This document shows positions 50,269 through 59,557 of a stretch of 64,000 nt of DNA, one piece after another. The stretch covers positions 1,088,001 to 1,152,000 of the forward strand of contig OZ244650.1 in the NCBI GenBank assembly GCA_965218785.1, in the 5' to 3' direction. The position numbers and the translations under genes were made by a program. Positions within the stretch are counted from its first letter, which is position 1. Each line of letters begins with the position of its first letter. The notes under the pieces were generated by a model. That model made no database searches and was not told the origin of the DNA. It saw only the letters and a list, made by a program, of their open reading frames with translations. The DNA is from Nitrosopumilus sp. (GTDB lineage Archaea; Thermoproteota; Nitrososphaeria; Nitrososphaerales; Nitrosopumilaceae).

Positions 50269-52437
50269 ATGGCATTTCAAGAACCAATAGATCCCTTCGT
50301 TGAGAAATTACAAGTGCTAATTGATGATTTAAAACAAGATATCAATTATAGGGGATTTGAAGAGATTTTAACAAAAATCGATGAAGAATTTCCATTTGTA
50401 GATTTATCCGAATTTTTAGAAATGTACGTTGATGGTGAATACTCCAAAGTACTAATAGAAAAATTTCATCTTTGCGGATTTATTGATTATTACAAACTTT
50501 TGCAAATTTTAAAATTAAATAAAAAACGAAGATCAGTTAGAAAAGATTCAACATCAAGAAAAACAAATTTTACAGATAGTAAATTGGCAAGACGATATGA
50601 AATATTAAATAACATATTGACAAGATTTCAAAAGTCAATTAAAAATAAAATAAATTATAATGTGTTAAGAGCAGTTATAATTTTACAATTGTATTTAAAC
50701 GAACAAAATTTTACAGATAGTAAAAAAATTCTTGAATCTGTACAAAAAACAATAAAAGATTTTGAACATTTAATTTTAGCCCCACATACACCGCTCTCAA
50801 CAATAAAAGATGATGAAATTAAAAAAATGTTAGATATGATATTACTAGAATTAAAAAATAACTCATTCATAGAAATAGATAATTCAAATAACTTTAGACT
50901 GGAAGTACATCAATTGCTTATTTGTAAATATATTTTTAACAACATACAAAATAGAAAAGATGGGATTACATATCAAGAATTAGTTATTTCTATTAAACAC
51001 AAACTACCAATATTATTACAAATTCCTCCTGCATTAATTATAATCACATTACAGGATTTCATAAATCAAAATATGGTAATTAGAAAGGAAGGGTATTGGA
51101 AATTCAAACCATTTTTTGATCAATATTTTACATTTGAAAACTATGAAAAAATGAATTTTGAAAATACAGATTCATTTAGAAAAAATAGAGAGTTTTTTGG
51201 GAGAAAAATTACTCCTAAAGAATTCATTCAAGAATTATTTGAACTTCAAAGGGGGAATTTTGAGGACCAAGATGATCAAGTAACACGAATTGCAGGCATG
51301 GTTTTGACAAACTCAAACATGATGAGTCATCCTCCAAATGATCTTAAAGAATTTGATTTTGTAGTAGATTTGTCAAGGTATGAATTTACAAAAAAACAGC
51401 AACAGATTATCAGCAATCTCAACCTAGAAATAAAATCCAATATCATTTATGTAAAAGTTATGATAAATGATGAAATTAAAGTTGATGAAATTTCCGATTT
51501 AATTCTCAAATTAAAAAAAAGAGAGCGAAACGAACAAGGCTTCATCATTTCATTTACACGTCCAGAAAAAATAATTTTACAGATATTAGAGAAAAACAAA
51601 ACAATTCAAATAATTTCAGAAAATGAATTAAGAGAGTGGTGTAAAATCACGCCAATCATTCCATCAAGAAGAGGAGCAGTTGCCATAATACGCCAAGGAG
51701 ATAATCGTGAAAGTATTGTGAAAATAAAGTCAGTCAATTATGAATCTGGAAGAGCAGACGTCATATTATTACCAAAAATGAATGAAAGCACTCAATACAT
51801 CGGATCTCTTGAGGAACTTACCATACCTATAAATATAAAAAAATTTATTGATTATTCCAATATTTATTTCCAATTTCTTTCAAAATTACGTCAAATTTCA
51901 AAAACAGATATCTTTAAAAAAATAATTTCAGAAAGCATATCAAAAACATCTACATTTAACAAAATAGTTGAAAAAAGAATTATTTTTGAGAAAGAAATAG
52001 AATATAGATTCGTTGGAAATTCAAAATGTAGGATTGATTTTATAAAATATCTTGACAAGGATTCATTGAAATATAGAACCGATGATTTATTTTCATGTAC
52101 TTGTTTTCAGTGGGATCAGAAAAGTAAAACAAATGGATTATGTGAACATTTAATTTTTATTTTAAATGAGTCAATTAAAGAAATATTTTCATTAGAGAAT
52201 AAAGTATCAGAGAGAGAAATTGCACATTATTTACTATTAATAGAACAAAGGATGGATTTGTTTCTAAAAAGATTACGATTTTCAAATAATGACGGATCTA
52301 TGATTGCAGAATGTCCAAATTGTGGGCAGATTGAACATAATCTTAAAGGAGTAGAAGAAAGATTTGGATATCGCCAAATGAATAAAGATAATAAATTTTC
52401 GCTTAGACGACAATCGAGATGTAAAGAGTGCAGATAA
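50269..52437 (+). CDS. Multidomain protein: helical/wH region, Mrr-like REase fold, SWIM finger, C-terminal zinc finger
   Basis: GNFEDQ...FDFVV...IYVKV...GFIISF; SWIM FSCTC...LCEHL; CPNCG...RCKECR. Confidence 0.65.
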   Translation: MAFQEPIDPFVEKLQVLIDDLKQDINYRGFEEILTKIDEEFPFVDLSEFLEMYVDGEYSKVLIEKFHLCGFIDYYKLLQILKLNKKRRSVRKDSTSRKTNFTDSKLARRYEILNNILTRFQKSIKNKINYNVLRAVIILQLYLNEQNFTDSKKILESVQKTIKDFEHLILAPHTPLSTIKDDEIKKMLDMILLELKNNSFIEIDNSNNFRLEVHQLLICKYIFNNIQNRKDGITYQELVISIKHKLPILLQIPPALIIITLQDFINQNMVIRKEGYWKFKPFFDQYFTFENYEKMNFENTDSFRKNREFFGRKITPKEFIQELFELQRGNFEDQDDQVTRIAGMVLTNSNMMSHPPNDLKEFDFVVDLSRYEFTKKQQQIISNLNLEIKSNIIYVKVMINDEIKVDEISDLILKLKKRERNEQGFIISFTRPEKIILQILEKNKTIQIISENELREWCKITPIIPSRRGAVAIIRQGDNRESIVKIKSVNYESGRADVILLPKMNESTQYIGSLEELTIPINIKKFIDYSNIYFQFLSKLRQISKTDIFKKIISESISKTSTFNKIVEKRIIFEKEIEYRFVGNSKCRIDFIKYLDKDSLKYRTDDLFSCTCFQWDQKSKTNGLCEHLIFILNESIKEIFSLENKVSEREIAHYLLLIEQRMDLFLKRLRFSNNDGSMIAECPNCGQIEHNLKGVEERFGYRQMNKDNKFSLRRQSRCKECR

Positions 52438-52470
52438 ATAATTGACAATAAATGGGATCAAAAATGTTTT

Positions 52471-53673
52471 ATGCCTATAATAATGTGTAAATATATGAGT
52501 AATGAATATTCAGAAGATGCTCGAAAAATTAATGAATATATAGAAAATAATCCTTCTTGTAAGATTCCAAAAACAATTTCCATAATATTACAGGGTAAGA
52601 AAACAGATTTGCAAACATTTCGCCTTCCATTAGATTTGACATATTATAATATCAAAAATGGAAGATTTGCAGCAGAGTATATTGATCTTATAAAAAAGGA
52701 AGGTCATGTGTTAAATCCAAAAAATCCAGATGATTCAAAAAAAATTCAAACGTTATTGTTTGAGCTAGATCTTAAACAAAGTGTGATTTTAGAAAAAGAT
52801 CTACAACAACATGGACAAAAAGATCCAGGAATTATGACTCATGATGGATTTGTAATCAATGGAAACAGAAGACGTTCTGTACTTGAAGAATTAGGATCAC
52901 AAGGACATTCTAAATTCAAATTTATCGAAGTTGCCAGATTGCCACCAAATGTTTCATCACAAGATCTATGGAAATTAGAAGCAGGGATACAATTATCACG
53001 TTATGTTCAATTAGATTATGGTCCCATCAATGAATTATTAAAATTCAAGGAGGGAATAGACTCAGGATTAATGCCTAAAGAAATAGCAAATGCACTCTAC
53101 GGGGGATTTAAAGAAAAGGATATTTTAGAAAAATTAGAACAACTACAATTAATCATGGAATATCTAAATTTTATTGGAGAACCAGGTGTCTTTAATAAAG
53201 TAAAGAGGGTTCATGAGCATTTTATTGATTTACAAAATATTCTAAAAGGATTGAAAAAATATGATGCAGGACTAGATGAAATTATAAGTGTAAAAAGAAT
53301 AGGATTTCAATTAATCCATGATGGCGTTCCTCAGAGAGAAATTAGAAAAATTAAAGAAATTCTTTCAAATGAAAAATCAAAGAAGGAATTTTTGAGAGCA
53401 CGGGAATATAGTAGACCAGAAAAACAAAATAAGAAAAGAGAAAAAAGAATATTAGCAGAATCAAAAGATGAATTTACAGAAACACGAGTTATTTTTAACA
53501 ACTGTTTGGATTCAACAAAAGCATTATCAGAATCCCAACAACCAGAAAAATTACTCAGACGAGCATTGACGAATTTAGAAAGTGTAGATTTTGATTCTAA
53601 TCTATTACAAAAACCAGTGATCATATCATTAATTTCAGATATCGAATCAATAATCAAAAAAATAAAAAAATAA
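52471..53673 (+). CDS. ParB/Srx-like domain protein, paralogue 1
   Basis: YYNIKNGRF, GQKDPGIMTHDGFVINGNRR. Likely start 52495. Confidence 0.8.
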   Translation: MPIIMCKYMSNEYSEDARKINEYIENNPSCKIPKTISIILQGKKTDLQTFRLPLDLTYYNIKNGRFAAEYIDLIKKEGHVLNPKNPDDSKKIQTLLFELDLKQSVILEKDLQQHGQKDPGIMTHDGFVINGNRRRSVLEELGSQGHSKFKFIEVARLPPNVSSQDLWKLEAGIQLSRYVQLDYGPINELLKFKEGIDSGLMPKEIANALYGGFKEKDILEKLEQLQLIMEYLNFIGEPGVFNKVKRVHEHFIDLQNILKGLKKYDAGLDEIISVKRIGFQLIHDGVPQREIRKIKEILSNEKSKKEFLRAREYSRPEKQNKKREKRILAESKDEFTETRVIFNNCLDSTKALSESQQPEKLLRRALTNLESVDFDSNLLQKPVIISLISDIESIIKKIKK

Positions 53674-53727
53674 TCTAATTTGCATGAAATATTAACTATT
53701 TAAATACAGTAAAATTAATTCTTGGGA

Positions 53728-54660
53728 TTAACTTGAGGTTAAAGAAAATTTCAAGCCAGTTTTAAATTTTTGTGTTTTCTTCATTTCTTTTTTGAACGCA
53801 CTAATTCGTTTGTTAGCATATGCTTGATACATAGGATTTTTTTCCATTCCAATGTATTTTCGATTTAATTTTATCGTCGCGATGGCAGTAGTGCCACTTC
53901 CCATAAACGGATCTAAAACAACATCTTCATCTTTGGTAAACAATTTGATAAACCATTCAGGCAAGGCTATTGGAAAAGCAGCACTGTGATTGACATTTTG
54001 ACATTGAGTGGCCATGTGAAGTACATTTGTAGGATAAACCACATCCTTACCCTTCCAATTAGAGACATTTTTACTAAGTCCACTCATCACTTTTGATTCA
54101 CATCTATATTTGTCAGTATCAGACAGATTTTTGAGCCTAGAGTCAGCCCATTTACCCATTGGGATCATTACAGATTTTTGATACATTTTGAATTTTTTCT
54201 GTCTAGTAAAATGAAGACATCTTTCCCATGAATCTCTAAATCGATTTGGCCATTTTCCAGGAAATGAGTTTTTTTTATGCCAGATATATTCTTCAGTCCA
54301 TAACCAACCCTGTTTTTTCATCTCTAATATTAATTCGATTACATAAGTTTCACGTTCACAATTTATAGATCTTTCTTTAATGTTCAAGATAAAAGAACCA
54401 CGAGGCTTTAAAACACGTTTTAGTTGTTTTGAAATTGGTAAAAACCATTCAATATAATTTTTTGCTGAAATACTTTCGTATGAATTTCTTCGCTTACCGG
54501 CATAAGGTGGGGAAGTAATAATAAGATCAACTGAACTAGAATCTAATTTAAATAATTTGGTTAAACAATCACAACGATAGATTACATTATGACGTTGTCT
54601 TGACTCTGGCAATGTACTCATTTTTTTCCAAGATCGTCTCTTATAGGTTTTTTCAATCAA
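53728..54660 (-). CDS. Beta-class amino DNA methyltransferase (probably N4-cytosine)
   Basis: Motif IV TSPPY precedes HSAAFP and motif I LDPFMGSGTT. Confidence 0.92.
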   Translation of the reverse strand: MIEKTYKRRSWKKMSTLPESRQRHNVIYRCDCLTKLFKLDSSSVDLIITSPPYAGKRRNSYESISAKNYIEWFLPISKQLKRVLKPRGSFILNIKERSINCERETYVIELILEMKKQGWLWTEEYIWHKKNSFPGKWPNRFRDSWERCLHFTRQKKFKMYQKSVMIPMGKWADSRLKNLSDTDKYRCESKVMSGLSKNVSNWKGKDVVYPTNVLHMATQCQNVNHSAAFPIALPEWFIKLFTKDEDVVLDPFMGSGTTAIATIKLNRKYIGMEKNPMYQAYANKRISAFKKEMKKTQKFKTGLKFSLTSS

Positions 54661-55646
54661 ACATCACCGAGTTTTTGGACATGATAATTTTCAGCAGTAA
54701 CAGAAAATAATTTTTTTATAAAAATTTTTCTAAAAGGATTTTGAATTTTCTGAATTTCCAAATTATTGTTTTTTGTTTCAATATCAACGTTAGGTACAAA
54801 ATAAATCCAATATTTATCTTTTAATTCCGAAGCAATTTTTTTTTCATTTTCAGACCAATGAAAATCTAAATCTTTACCAGAGGAACCTTTTACTTCAATG
54901 AATCTATCATAATCCCTATTGGCAGATTCACGATCAAATGATATAATATCAAACCCAGCATTGGCATGTTGTATACTAATGCGCTGAACTTTCTTGGATT
55001 CAAAAAAACATTCAAGATTTTTGAGTCTATTTTTCTCATATTTTATAACAATATCTTCTGCGATATCACCAATTTTTTTCATCAGTCTTAATTGTTCATC
55101 AATTTGTTTTTGACTAATTCGTACTTTCAAAGTAATTTTTTTAGATGAGATTTTATCGTTATATTGTGGATTAAGAATTACTTTATCACCAAATAATAGA
55201 AGTAATTCACATTCATACAAAAGAGGCAATAATTCTTTTTTATGAAATAAATCATAAACCTGATCAGAAGGAGCCCATACTTTATCTGGAGTTGTTGCAA
55301 ATCTAGACAAACTATCATTGATGGATTGGGATAAAGAACCATGAAGAAAACATTGTTCTCGAAAAAGTTTTTTTAATTCATAGTTTAAACCAAAACTTTT
55401 TTCATATTCATCGAAAATATGATTACCCAATATGGTGATTTCAATTACATTATTTTCTAATTTTAGTATATTGACATCTTCACAGAATTTTCTAAGTTCA
55501 TCAAAATCAGGATACAGTGCCTGCTCAACAGGAGAATTGTTGAATGTTTTGGCAACATATGCGGTTACGGCTTTACTATTCTTATCATTTTCAAATTTTT
55601 TTATAATTCCTAAAAGTTTTGGAATTTGTTTTAATTTGATTGTCAT
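54657..55646 (-). CDS. DUF3883 (NOV_C) PD-(D/E)XK nuclease-domain protein
   Basis: IGDIAEDIVIKYE...AGFDIISF...RFIEVKGS...WSENE...YWIYFV. Confidence 0.88.
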   Translation of the reverse strand: MTIKLKQIPKLLGIIKKFENDKNSKAVTAYVAKTFNNSPVEQALYPDFDELRKFCEDVNILKLENNVIEITILGNHIFDEYEKSFGLNYELKKLFREQCFLHGSLSQSINDSLSRFATTPDKVWAPSDQVYDLFHKKELLPLLYECELLLLFGDKVILNPQYNDKISSKKITLKVRISQKQIDEQLRLMKKIGDIAEDIVIKYEKNRLKNLECFFESKKVQRISIQHANAGFDIISFDRESANRDYDRFIEVKGSSGKDLDFHWSENEKKIASELKDKYWIYFVPNVDIETKNNNLEIQKIQNPFRKIFIKKLFSVTAENYHVQKLGDV

Positions 55647-55647
55647 A

Positions 55648-57627
55648 TTACAGTCTTTTTAAATCACGCAAATGTTTAACTAATGAATCATAATCTCGGT
55701 TAAATTCATCTTTGGTTTCATTAATTACATCAAAATTAACATTTTGAAGAAATGGATCATCAAGAGCAGTAGTCATGTCTTCCCATTTCTCCCAAAGTCT
55801 TTGATGAATTTGCTCATCAATCGTATCCCTGCCAATTACAAGATGATAATTAACAGTGACATCTTGAGGCATCCCTACCCTATGAATTCTATCAACTGAT
55901 TGCATAAACTGAGCACCGTTAAAATTTCGGTCCAAGTATATTGCATTTCTACAAACAGATTCTTCTTTTGCATTTTTGTGCAATGAAACAGACTCACCAA
56001 GAGATGCTGGTGTGGCAATTAGTACTTTGTAATCAGGATTATTTTTAAATTTGTATACCAAATCATCTCTATTTGGTTGATCATCAGGATCTCTGGATAC
56101 GTCACCATAAATCAAAATAGGATCAAATTCTTTTAAAACATCTTCAGCGTATATGTGCATATTAAGTAAAAAGGAACTCCAGATGAGTACTTTTTCTCCT
56201 TTGTTGACAAGATCACTGGTTAGTGATGCAACCTTTCGTATTTTGCTAGGAATTTCAAGATCAGAGTATTTTGTAATCTTTTCTGAAATTGATAGATTTT
56301 TCAAATCATTATTATCAATAGAATCAACGTCAAACCCAAGCTGGGCACTTACCATTTCTCTTGAAGAATTAAATAATGGGCTGTTAACATTGAATTCGTG
56401 TGACATTTCAAACAACAGAGAAGGATTGGAAGCAGATTGAAGTAATCGAATCATTTTTGCAATTCTGAATCTTTGTAATTTTGCTTGTTCTTCCAAAGAA
56501 TCAATTTCTTCAAGAGTTTTGCTAGCAATTACATCATAGATTTGTCTTTGATGATCTCCAAGATCCACCGTGATTGGAATAAATTTTGGTTCTGGAAGAT
56601 GAAGATCATCTTTCATAACTCGTGTAAATAAAGAACGTAAACGTTCGCGATGAGTATTACTTAATCCACGTTTTTTTACATAATCATTATATTTACTTTG
56701 ATTTCCCAAAGGAAGATCATGCGGCCACAGATAAGTTATCTGATTCCACAAATCCTGAGAATTGTTAGGCATTGGAGTTCCTGAAAGAATGATTCTACGA
56801 GTTGCAAATTGTGCAAGAAATAAAGCAGCGTTTGCCCATGCACCTAGATGAGGATTTTTAATTCTGTGAGATTCATCAACGATGAGAACGGTTTTATATT
56901 TTTTAAGAAAATTCATCAATTCCATTCGTTTTGAATTAGATGTTTGATAATGGAGTAAAAATAAATCATAATTATCACCAATATCTTCTAAAATTTCTGC
57001 AATATCTCCTTTAATTCTTAATGTCCTGGCAGATTTCTCAAAACACCCAACATATTCGTCCTCCCAAGGAACAAATGATGCAATAGGACCAATAACCATA
57101 ATTTTTTCAATAATCCCGTCTTCCAACCATTTTGAGATAGCAGCATAAGTCATAGTTGTTTTACCGCTGCCAGGTACAGAAAAATTTGCACCGTTGTTTA
57201 CTGCCAACAAATGTTCGACAGATTGTTTTTGAAAATCCAATAACTCTCTTTTAAAAGTTGCACCCAAAATTGGATTGTGCTTACCTTTATCTTTGACTGC
57301 AGATCCTTGATCTAAGGCTTTTTGATATAATTTATTTTCTAGTTGTTGTTCTGAAAGATTTTTTTTAATATCATCACTAATTGTAAGGGACCCTAGTTTA
57401 GGGTTATCATTAAAAAAATCTTTCATGTATTGTGCAGTTTTAAAAAATTTTACGGTGTTATTTGTTTTAGGATAAACAAAGGTAATTCTATTTTCATCTT
57501 GTTGAATTTGTTGAAAATCACCACTGATCGCAGTATCCATTAAATCATAATCGGTTTCATAGTCACCTGTATTGTCATACTCTAGAACAAGATTTCCAGT
57601 ATTATGATCAATAGTAAGAGATGTCAT
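55648..57627 (-). CDS. SNF2-family (SWI2/SNF2) helicase/translocase
   Basis: LLDFQ, VPGSGKT, IVDESH, LSGTP, GESVSL and QSVDRIHRVG. Confidence 0.92.
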   Translation of the reverse strand: MTSLTIDHNTGNLVLEYDNTGDYETDYDLMDTAISGDFQQIQQDENRITFVYPKTNNTVKFFKTAQYMKDFFNDNPKLGSLTISDDIKKNLSEQQLENKLYQKALDQGSAVKDKGKHNPILGATFKRELLDFQKQSVEHLLAVNNGANFSVPGSGKTTMTYAAISKWLEDGIIEKIMVIGPIASFVPWEDEYVGCFEKSARTLRIKGDIAEILEDIGDNYDLFLLHYQTSNSKRMELMNFLKKYKTVLIVDESHRIKNPHLGAWANAALFLAQFATRRIILSGTPMPNNSQDLWNQITYLWPHDLPLGNQSKYNDYVKKRGLSNTHRERLRSLFTRVMKDDLHLPEPKFIPITVDLGDHQRQIYDVIASKTLEEIDSLEEQAKLQRFRIAKMIRLLQSASNPSLLFEMSHEFNVNSPLFNSSREMVSAQLGFDVDSIDNNDLKNLSISEKITKYSDLEIPSKIRKVASLTSDLVNKGEKVLIWSSFLLNMHIYAEDVLKEFDPILIYGDVSRDPDDQPNRDDLVYKFKNNPDYKVLIATPASLGESVSLHKNAKEESVCRNAIYLDRNFNGAQFMQSVDRIHRVGMPQDVTVNYHLVIGRDTIDEQIHQRLWEKWEDMTTALDDPFLQNVNFDVINETKDEFNRDYDSLVKHLRDLKRL

Positions 57628-58895
57628 TATGAATCCAATTTTATTTTGAGTTTTTCAAAATGACGAAGAATTTGCCGGATTATCCCAGTACATTGTTTAC
57701 CGGTCAGTTGGTCACTATCATAATCAATTCCGTCTAGATATTCCAAGGCATTGCCCAATAATCTTGGAAGATCATGTTCATTTTTCTTGACATTTAATGC
57801 TTCAACCGCATTAGTCCACATAGTATTAATCTCACTAGTTTTTGATTCATCCTCATCTTTGTCAGGATTAGGATCTTTAAATTCATTATCTATCATATCA
57901 GACACATCATCGCCAAGAGATTTTTTGGGTTTAGGAACTACAAGATCTGGAGATATCGGTTTTGATTTTTCTGCAATTTGTTCAATCCATTCTAATGCCT
58001 TATCAGATTCAAATTTCACCATTTCTCTAATTTTTCGTATTTCTAAATGAGAACGACCATCACGAATAAGTGCCCAAATAGCACGTTTGAGAGATTTCCT
58101 ACGAACCGGATCATCTACTCTATCATAGTAAAAATCAAGAATATTTTGTGCGTTAATAAAATGTTCAACTTTGCCTTTAGCTTCACTGTATTTTTGAGGC
58201 ATTCCATTAAATTTCAGATATTCTTCAATGAGGTCCAATCTTTTGAGTTTTTTTGAAATTTCACTATCATCGCGAAAACCGTATAAAGTTGTAGCAATTT
58301 CGTTTGGAGTTAACCCAGATTCAATTCCTTCCTTTAATTTTAATAATTCGTTGATAGGTCCATACCTTACAATTTCATCTTTTCCTAATTGGATACCAGC
58401 CTCCAATTTCCAAAGATCATTTTTGTCTATAGATGAAGGCAGTCTAGCTACCTTCATTACATTAAATTTAGAATTTTCCTTGGATAAATTTTGTAAAAGT
58501 GATAATCGTCTATTCCCATCAATGACAAATCCATCATGAGTCATAATTCCCGGATTCCACTGACCACGTTGTTTAATGTCAATAGAGGTTCGATCTGTTT
58601 CAATAGGGTCTAAATTAAGAAGAAGATTTTGAATTTTTCTAGAATCATCTTTGTTTGTGGGATCAAATGATCGTCCACCATTCTTTCGAACTAATTCCAA
58701 ATATTCTGCTTTGAATCTACCATTTTTGATATTAAAGTAAAGATAGCCCAAAGGGATATTGTAGACATACAAAAGTTCTTTTGTTCCTTTTAGTAAAACC
58801 GGAACCCGTTCATCAGTCAAACATTCGTCTTTATTTTTATCAATATACTCTTGTAATGCAAGTTTATTCTCAGGATTATCCAACATCATATTCAA
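57627..58895 (-). CDS. ParB/Srx-like domain protein, paralogue 2
   Basis: YFNIKNGRF, GQWNPGIMTHDGFVIDGNRR; TAATG overlap with SNF2. Confidence 0.8.
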   Translation of the reverse strand: MNMMLDNPENKLALQEYIDKNKDECLTDERVPVLLKGTKELLYVYNIPLGYLYFNIKNGRFKAEYLELVRKNGGRSFDPTNKDDSRKIQNLLLNLDPIETDRTSIDIKQRGQWNPGIMTHDGFVIDGNRRLSLLQNLSKENSKFNVMKVARLPSSIDKNDLWKLEAGIQLGKDEIVRYGPINELLKLKEGIESGLTPNEIATTLYGFRDDSEISKKLKRLDLIEEYLKFNGMPQKYSEAKGKVEHFINAQNILDFYYDRVDDPVRRKSLKRAIWALIRDGRSHLEIRKIREMVKFESDKALEWIEQIAEKSKPISPDLVVPKPKKSLGDDVSDMIDNEFKDPNPDKDEDESKTSEINTMWTNAVEALNVKKNEHDLPRLLGNALEYLDGIDYDSDQLTGKQCTGIIRQILRHFEKLKIKLDS

Positions 58896-59557
58896 GAATT
58901 AATGATAATTAAAGATATCATGAATTTCGAGCAAAGAGTTTAGAACTTGATCGAATCAAGTAACTATCGAAATCACCACCAATCATGGAAGATTTTCTAA
59001 AGGGATGGATCTGGAAGTTCAAAGAAATATCAGATTAGAGTAAATATGATAAAATTGATAGAAAACTGAGACTGCAAATGAGGTGGAATTTAAGAAGTAT
59101 TGGATTTTACAAAGAAATGGAAAAAGAGAAAATCATCTACGGCTTATTTCAAATAAAACCAAGATGTACTATGGAGATAAAGGATTTTATGTAAATAATA
59201 CTAATTTGTTTATCACAATATTAGATAAAAAATTAATAGTAATTCTTAATTCAGAATTATAATGTATTTGATAGAATATTTGTATATTAGAATTAAAGAG
59301 GAAAACAAATATGGGAAAATTTTAAAAAATTCCCAATTTTTATTCATAAATCACCATTAATTGAAAAAGATGTTGACAAATATTATTTTTAAATAAAAAA
59401 TTAAAAAATAAAAATTCAAACAAAATAAAAACTAATGATGAGACCATCAATTACAAAAAAATAATGATTAAATTCATAAATTTTATGATCTGATATATGA
59501 AAAAATCAAAATCACTGAATCAACTGTAAGAATATCATGATTGTGTAATTTTATCAT

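Noticed and set aside
52471-58895. ParB-like genes as a chromosome or plasmid partition system
   Set aside because: No ParA, parS-like array or replication gene is visible, and the operon context is helicase, nuclease and MTase.
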